Assembly: GCA_015521175.1 (NCBI GenBank)
Contig: WAOR01000009.1
Location: 4,764 to 68,763, forward strand
Origin: Thermodiscus sp.
Lineage (GTDB): Archaea; Thermoproteota; Thermoprotei_A; Sulfolobales; Acidilobaceae
Direction of reading: 5' to 3'
DNA length: 64,000 nucleotides
Shown: positions 59,041 through 64,000 of the stretch, one piece after another
Numbering within the stretch: position 1 is the stretch's first letter
How the letters are laid out: every line of letters starts with the position of its first letter
Position numbers and translations under genes: made by a program
The notes under the pieces: model-generated
Told to the model about the DNA's origin: nothing
Database searches by the model: none
The model's input: only the letters and a program-made list of their open reading frames with translations

Positions 59041-60057
59041 TTACCTGCTTTCTCCGGGTTCAGCTTCGTTGAATTTTGATATTAGGGCGTGGCATAGTAT
59101 CACGTTTTCGACTATTTCTATGATCCTGGCTATGTCTATTATTTTTGCTAGTAGGTATGCGAAGGCAGGGGAGTCGCTCTCTACTACCTCCCTGAGGTTG
59201 CCTTCTAGGTCGAGTATGCTCCTGACCTTCCAGTAGGATTCCTCTGCTTTCTTAACGCTCGGCGGGTTTATGCTATTTACGACAGTTGATACTGCCACCT
59301 CTAAAACCTGTAATAGGAATGATAGTCTTTGCTTCTCGCTGTCCGATAAGAGGTCCGCCATGTAGAGTATGTCGATGCCAAGCTTGTATACTGAGTCATT
59401 TACTAGACCGATTAAATCGCTCGCGCTGGCTAGGTATCTCGCTTGGCGATCCTGATGCATGTCTATTACATGGGCCTTATTAGCCGCGCGTAGCAACTTA
59501 TAGTTTGTGTTCTGGAGGATTGCATACTCCTTATCTAATTCTTCTTTTGTATAGACAACGTTTCCATCGAGGAAGCCGCTTAGCTTGTTTAGGACTCTAC
59601 TAATACTTCTACCATATTCAATCATTATATCAAATACATTATCATTATTATAGTTAAAATTGATATTGATTGTATGCCTGTGTATTACATTCATCCTAAC
59701 GCCTTCCAGCATCGCCTCTACTTTCCGGAGCCTTTCAATTACGTTTTCTTTAATATTTTTACTAGAATAATATATTAATTCATCGTAGCCAAAAGTATAA
59801 GAACAGAGCACGAGGCGGGGAGCATGTTTTTCTACATTATAATGAGATAAATTCATTTTTAAAGAAATTTTAGGGATTTTACCGTCTGGAGCGATTATTA
59901 ATTTATCACCACTATCATAAATTTTAAGTATATCGCCTACTTTTACACCGTTTCGCCGCGCCCAGTCTTTGGGTAGAGTGACTATCAGGGAAGAAGCCCC
60001 AAGTCTTTGTATCTTCCTAGACAAGATCCCGCCGTTTTGCCGGGCCAAGCCTGCCAC
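59041..60057 (-). CDS. AbrB/SpoVT N-terminal + PhoU-like regulator (second paralog)
   Basis: RKIQRLGASSLIVTLPKDWAR. Confidence 0.82.
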   Translation of the reverse strand: MAGLARQNGGILSRKIQRLGASSLIVTLPKDWARRNGVKVGDILKIYDSGDKLIIAPDGKIPKISLKMNLSHYNVEKHAPRLVLCSYTFGYDELIYYSSKNIKENVIERLRKVEAMLEGVRMNVIHRHTININFNYNNDNVFDIMIEYGRSISRVLNKLSGFLDGNVVYTKEELDKEYAILQNTNYKLLRAANKAHVIDMHQDRQARYLASASDLIGLVNDSVYKLGIDILYMADLLSDSEKQRLSFLLQVLEVAVSTVVNSINPPSVKKAEESYWKVRSILDLEGNLREVVESDSPAFAYLLAKIIDIARIIEIVENVILCHALISKFNEAEPGESR

Positions 60058-60090
60058 CCATTGGGTTCTAATATATGGAATAGTAGGGTT

Positions 60091-60120
60091 CCCTTAAAAC
60101 TGTACCTGGACTTTTAAGGG
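60091..60120. promoter_or_regulatory. Inverted repeat / back-to-back TATA elements upstream of the second AbrB-PhoU gene
   Basis: CCCTTAAAA-N12-TTTTAAGGG. Confidence 0.45.
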
Positions 60121-60272
60121 GTGTTATGTATTAAGTATGTACGTATTACTCGAATAATGTAGAAAAGATAGACTCGAAAACGCTGGTTCTGCCTTAATGA
60201 TAACCGAGAGATATATAAACCCGTAAATCTACAGTAATCAAGTAGAGAGGCTCGATTAAGAGGTGAGATAGA

Positions 60273-60776
60273 ATGTTCGAGAACAGGACATGGAAGCTGG
60301 TGCTCAGGAAGACCGCGAGGGGCCCCGTGATACAATTCAGGAGCTCGACCCCTGAGACTCGCGAGTCAACAATGATAAGAATGGGCGGTAAGATGGCTGA
60401 GGAGATCTTCAAGAAAATGGTTGAGGTACTAAAGAAGTATGACTATGTGGCCGAGGAGGGAGGCGACGAGAAGAGGTACAAGTACTATAAGCTGAAGCCC
60501 GAGATAGGGCCGGTTGTAGGAGGCTACATTGTGCTAATCAGGAGGAGCAGGAAGCCGCAGGACTGGATACCCTACTTCGAGGGGTTCATTAAGGAGGACC
60601 CCTACAAGGGAGCTCACAAGGTACTAACGCACGCGCTAGCCACCGCCTTCGATCTAAGCCAAGTATACCCGCCGCCGGAACGGGTTAGAATGCAGCTACA
60701 CCCCAAGGTTCTGGACAGCGTCAGCGCGGGCTTCAAGGTAATAATTAGGAAGCTCTGGGGTCTAAAGAAGAAGTAA
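60273..60776 (+). CDS. Basic hypothetical protein
   Basis: GAGGTGA RBS, 167 aa, typical codon usage; no recognised motif. Confidence 0.8.
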   Translation: MFENRTWKLVLRKTARGPVIQFRSSTPETRESTMIRMGGKMAEEIFKKMVEVLKKYDYVAEEGGDEKRYKYYKLKPEIGPVVGGYIVLIRRSRKPQDWIPYFEGFIKEDPYKGAHKVLTHALATAFDLSQVYPPPERVRMQLHPKVLDSVSAGFKVIIRKLWGLKKK

Positions 60777-61310
60777 GCACTCTTTAATAATTTTTAATAT
60801 TTTGCTTCTACACTCTTCTCCTGTTAATACCATAACCCCGTCGGTATCCTCGATGATAAAGGCATTGCCCTCAAGGAGGCATAGCCCAGTTGATAGAGCG
60901 ATGACAGCATCTACTATGTCACGATCAAAAGTGCTCTCCGCAAGACCTAGTGTTTTTCTCATCGAGCCGGGATGGGTTTCTACCACTACCCTACTCGCTT
61001 CTACCATGAGAACAAAGAGCGAGTAACCTACCCGTGATAGCTCCCGGACACCGGCCATTCCTCCGGGCAGGAGCTTTGCCCCATAGTACTTCTGCGCCTT
61101 TCTCTCAAGGCTACGGAATCCCTTGTAGGGTGGGTGGAGAGGGGCGTCTACTACTATGAGGTTTGCCATGGAAATATTTTTGGCTAGGTTAGAGTTATTT
61201 ATTTTCCCGAGTTTGAGGCATTGGTATCCCGTCTTCGATGTTTTTGCTATTGCATAGGCGCTTGGTCTTTTGACCGCTAGGTCTACGCCCGCAACTATCC
61301 AGTCTTTCAA
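60762..61310 (-). CDS. DUF429-like RNase H-fold predicted nuclease
   Basis: AGVDLA, VVDAPL, FRSLE, VVETHP, DIVDA. Confidence 0.75.
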   Translation of the reverse strand: MKDWIVAGVDLAVKRPSAYAIAKTSKTGYQCLKLGKINNSNLAKNISMANLIVVDAPLHPPYKGFRSLERKAQKYYGAKLLPGGMAGVRELSRVGYSLFVLMVEASRVVVETHPGSMRKTLGLAESTFDRDIVDAVIALSTGLCLLEGNAFIIEDTDGVMVLTGEECRSKILKIIKECLLLL

Positions 61311-61339
61311 TGATTTTATTGTTGTTATTTTCTTTAGGC

Positions 61340-62269
61340 CTATTTTATTAATGCGTATGCAATAATTGGTAGTATTAATGTCGCGTCACCATATACTACT
61401 GTTTTTCTAGCTGAAGGCTTAAGCTTCCCCCAGCTAACTGCCTCTCTCGGCCTCGCACCGCTCAGGCTGCCATCGTATTCTACCGCTGTTGTGAGGTATA
61501 CTGCGTAGTCTAGCCCTCCTCGGAACTGGCTCCACCAGATGGCGTGGTGCTTGCTAATGCCCCCACCTATAATTAGGGCGGTAGCCTTGTCCTCCTGCGA
61601 AGGGAAGAATATGTCTGATAGCATTTTCATGTCAATGTAATAGTCTACCTCAACTCCGCGCCCGGCCTGATGTTCCATAAAGAGGCTAGTGCCGAAGGCG
61701 CCATCAGGCCAGCCTGGAACGAATATCTTCGCGCCTGACAAATGGGCAGCCCGCAGTATGCTATTAGGATCGTCGATTAGAGAGCCTGCTAGGTCTAGCA
61801 GCTCATATACGCCCCATGATTCCTTTCTCACCCGCGCCTCGCTTACTAGGCGCCTAACGAATTCCTCTACTTTAGGCCCATAATCCTCTACTGGTATGAA
61901 AATATTTCCGAGCCTGTGCTTCCCCTCTCGGAGAAGTAGTGTGTCGTCTGCCTCGAAGTAGCCTTTAAGGTATCTTCCACCCATCGCCCGTGCAATATCA
62001 TGATCTAGTGTTCCCGCTGTAGTAATAATGACGTTGAATAAACCCTTCTCGATTAGCTGAGCTAGTATTCCTCTTAGCCCTGTGGCTACTAGATTCGCTG
62101 TGAAGGTTAGAACTCTTATACGCGATTCATTCAATCCCTCTCGGAGTATATCAATGGCTTCGACTAGGTGTCCAGCCATGAATCCATGAATACTTCTATA
62201 CCACTCTATTAGGTCATCTATAGTAGCCCCCTTTCTAATTTTAACATCTTTGACTGGATCCGGCACCAC
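61340..62269 (-). CDS. dys: Deoxyhypusine synthase
   Basis: FTANLVATGLRG, RLGNIF, IIGGGISKHH, DGSLSGARPREAVSWGK. Confidence 0.95.
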   Translation of the reverse strand: MVPDPVKDVKIRKGATIDDLIEWYRSIHGFMAGHLVEAIDILREGLNESRIRVLTFTANLVATGLRGILAQLIEKGLFNVIITTAGTLDHDIARAMGGRYLKGYFEADDTLLLREGKHRLGNIFIPVEDYGPKVEEFVRRLVSEARVRKESWGVYELLDLAGSLIDDPNSILRAAHLSGAKIFVPGWPDGAFGTSLFMEHQAGRGVEVDYYIDMKMLSDIFFPSQEDKATALIIGGGISKHHAIWWSQFRGGLDYAVYLTTAVEYDGSLSGARPREAVSWGKLKPSARKTVVYGDATLILPIIAYALIK

Positions 62270-62352
62270 TCCAACCCTCCTCTTAAAAGTATTCGCACAT
62301 CAAACACCATTCACTATCCTCTGAGGATTAAAACTCCCGAGGTGAGTTCAGA

Positions 62353-62775
62353 GTGAAGAGGAGAGGTCTCTCACCCCTAGTAGCAACCGTTCTATTAATA
62401 AGCGCGACAGTACTGGGAGGTGTACTCGTATACCAGTACTTCCAGAATAGTGTCTCCCACGCTAAAGGCCTCCAGCAAGACCTAATGGTTACTGCAGATG
62501 CTACCACATTGAACGCGAATACAACGCTTGTTAGAGTAACTGTAGTAAACCAGGGTGATAACAACGTGATAGTGAAGAGTGTTACCTTGTTAGATGATAA
62601 TGGCAACACGGTTAGTGCCACCCTCCTACAGCCGAAGAATTTAGGAGTGACCGTCGCGCCCGGAGACCGACTAGTAATAATATTAAAGACTAATGAGAGG
62701 CCCTCCGCCGCATACGTGGGATACGAGGTTAACGGGAAAAACTATACAACAGAACCGGTTCAAATCCCTAGCTAA
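62353..62775 (+). CDS. Archaeal type IV pilin (class III signal peptide)
   Basis: MKRRG/LSPLVATVLLI PibD cleavage motif. Confidence 0.88.
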   Translation: MKRRGLSPLVATVLLISATVLGGVLVYQYFQNSVSHAKGLQQDLMVTADATTLNANTTLVRVTVVNQGDNNVIVKSVTLLDDNGNTVSATLLQPKNLGVTVAPGDRLVIILKTNERPSAAYVGYEVNGKNYTTEPVQIPS

Positions 62776-62795
62776 ACCCCTAGACGGGGATTCAC

Positions 62796-64000
62796 ATGAT
62801 CGCCAAAATAAAAAATATTTTTTATAAAAATAAATCAAATGAAACAGTGGAACTCCTCCAAAGCCCCCGTCAGGATATCCCACAGCCATCCGGGCCCGAG
62901 CCACCCCCCATAGAAAGTGTCAGAATACAATACACCATCCGGCCAGTGGAATACTATATCTACGAGTCAGATACCGGGGCCCTGAGGCTACGCTTCATAG
63001 AACCGAGAGAGCCTCCGCAAGAGGTAATAGAGGAAATACTAATGGGGACGAGGCAACCATCCTCCACCATAGAAGCCTACTACAGGGACAAATCGCTGAG
63101 CGGCTACGGCAAGCTATACCCGCTGATAATAGATGATAACATTGAGGAAATAGCTGTCGACGGTCCAGGAAGCAATGTATCAGTAATAAACAAGCTACTC
63201 CCCGGCTTCTGGATAGACGTGGACCTATCACTAGGAGAACCCGAGCTAGACTCTATAGCAATACAACTAGCCCGCAAGGCTGGAAGACTGCTAAGCCTAG
63301 CTACACCCTACGCGGAAGGCATAACTGTTGAAGGCCACCGAGTAGCCGTCACTCTAGGTAGGGAGATTACAAGGCACGGCACTAGTATAGTTCTAAGGAA
63401 GTATCCGGAGAAACCGATTACTATCACCGATCTTATAGCTCAGAGAGTCTTAACACCGCTTGCAACAGCATACCTATGGATCCTAATTGAGGCCCACTCA
63501 TTCCTCATGATCATTGGAGGCATGGGGGCGGGAAAGACAACGCTACTCCAATCACTAGCAAGCCTAATCCCCCCACACCACAGGATCGTCACAATAGAGG
63601 ACACGCCAGAGATACGATTATACCATAAGCACTGGGACTCCCTAGTAACAAGGCCTAGAATCCCCGGTGAAGAAATAGAAGACATAGGCCTCGAAGACCT
63701 CCTACGCTTTGCACTCAGGAGGAGAGCCGACCATGTGATAGTAGGAGAGGTGCGGGGTAGAGAAGCAAGGCTCCTCGCCCAGGCGGCCGCCAGCGGGCAT
63801 GGAAGCTTAACAACCTTCCACGCTGACGATCCCGAGTCAGCGATACTGAGGCTAAGGCTAGAACCAATAAACCTCCCACCACTCTTCCTCGAAGTCATAA
63901 ACGCCTTCATCCTCGTAAGGAGAATACCAGTAGTAGGCGGAGGCTTCCTGAGACGTGTAGTGAGGATAACTGAGATTCACGACGATGAGCTTTTCGACAT
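62796..64000 (+). CDS. Type IV pilus/type II secretion assembly ATPase (partial, runs off window)
   Basis: Open frame from ATG 62796 (or GTG 62847): GYGKLYPLIIDDNIEEI, GGMGAGKTT, TIEDTPEI, IVGEVRGREA. Missing from the ORF track because there is no stop. Confidence 0.9.
   Translation, partial: MIAKIKNIFYKNKSNETVELLQSPRQDIPQPSGPEPPPIESVRIQYTIRPVEYYIYESDTGALRLRFIEPREPPQEVIEEILMGTRQPSSTIEAYYRDKSLSGYGKLYPLIIDDNIEEIAVDGPGSNVSVINKLLPGFWIDVDLSLGEPELDSIAIQLARKAGRLLSLATPYAEGITVEGHRVAVTLGREITRHGTSIVLRKYPEKPITITDLIAQRVLTPLATAYLWILIEAHSFLMIIGGMGAGKTTLLQSLASLIPPHHRIVTIEDTPEIRLYHKHWDSLVTRPRIPGEEIEDIGLEDLLRFALRRRADHVIVGEVRGREARLLAQAAASGHGSLTTFHADDPESAILRLRLEPINLPPLFLEVINAFILVRRIPVVGGGFLRRVVRITEIHDDELFD

Noticed and set aside
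52849..62269. Proximity of aIF5A and deoxyhypusine synthase
   Set aside because: Known enzyme-substrate pair, not co-operonic here; not novel
1..64000. tRNA, rRNA, CRISPR arrays, IS elements
   Set aside because: No cloverleaf/T-loop signature, regularly spaced repeats or transposase ORFs recognised by eye; tRNAscan-SE and Infernal would be needed to exclude them formally

Overview
Gene-dense chromosomal window from a hyperthermophilic crenarchaeon. Reverse gyrase, TIP49, aIF5A, DHS, SRP54, a KvAP-like channel, frequent TTG/GTG starts and GGTG/GAGGTGA ribosome-binding sites point to an Aeropyrum-like Desulfurococcales/Acidilobales organism (inference). Most content is housekeeping or catabolic: sugar and thiamine-type ABC transporters, hutU/I/G, tungsten AOR, ferredoxin, an acyl-CoA synthetase/thiolase/DUF35 cluster, Feo, TldD/E, HDAC, a VapBC pair and the start of a type IV pilus locus. 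I recognised no rRNA, tRNA, CRISPR array or transposase. The best candidate for an undescribed system is at 16.2-19.2 kb: two convergent paralogous minimal Pol-beta-like nucleotidyltransferase-type genes bracketed by two stand-alone CBS proteins and an AbrB-PhoU regulator with a palindromic operator. Other points of interest are a catalytically dead nitrilase-fold gene coupled to reverse gyrase, an unannotated 39-aa peptide, an ilvD/Nramp-like deletion chimera, a KvAP-like channel with an eroded S4, an ODP-like di-iron sensor without a chemoreceptor, a VPE-type C-terminal sorting signal, a homopolymer-frameshifted SDR and three GC-rich structured intergenic elements. All assignments come from motif recognition by eye; no database searches were run.
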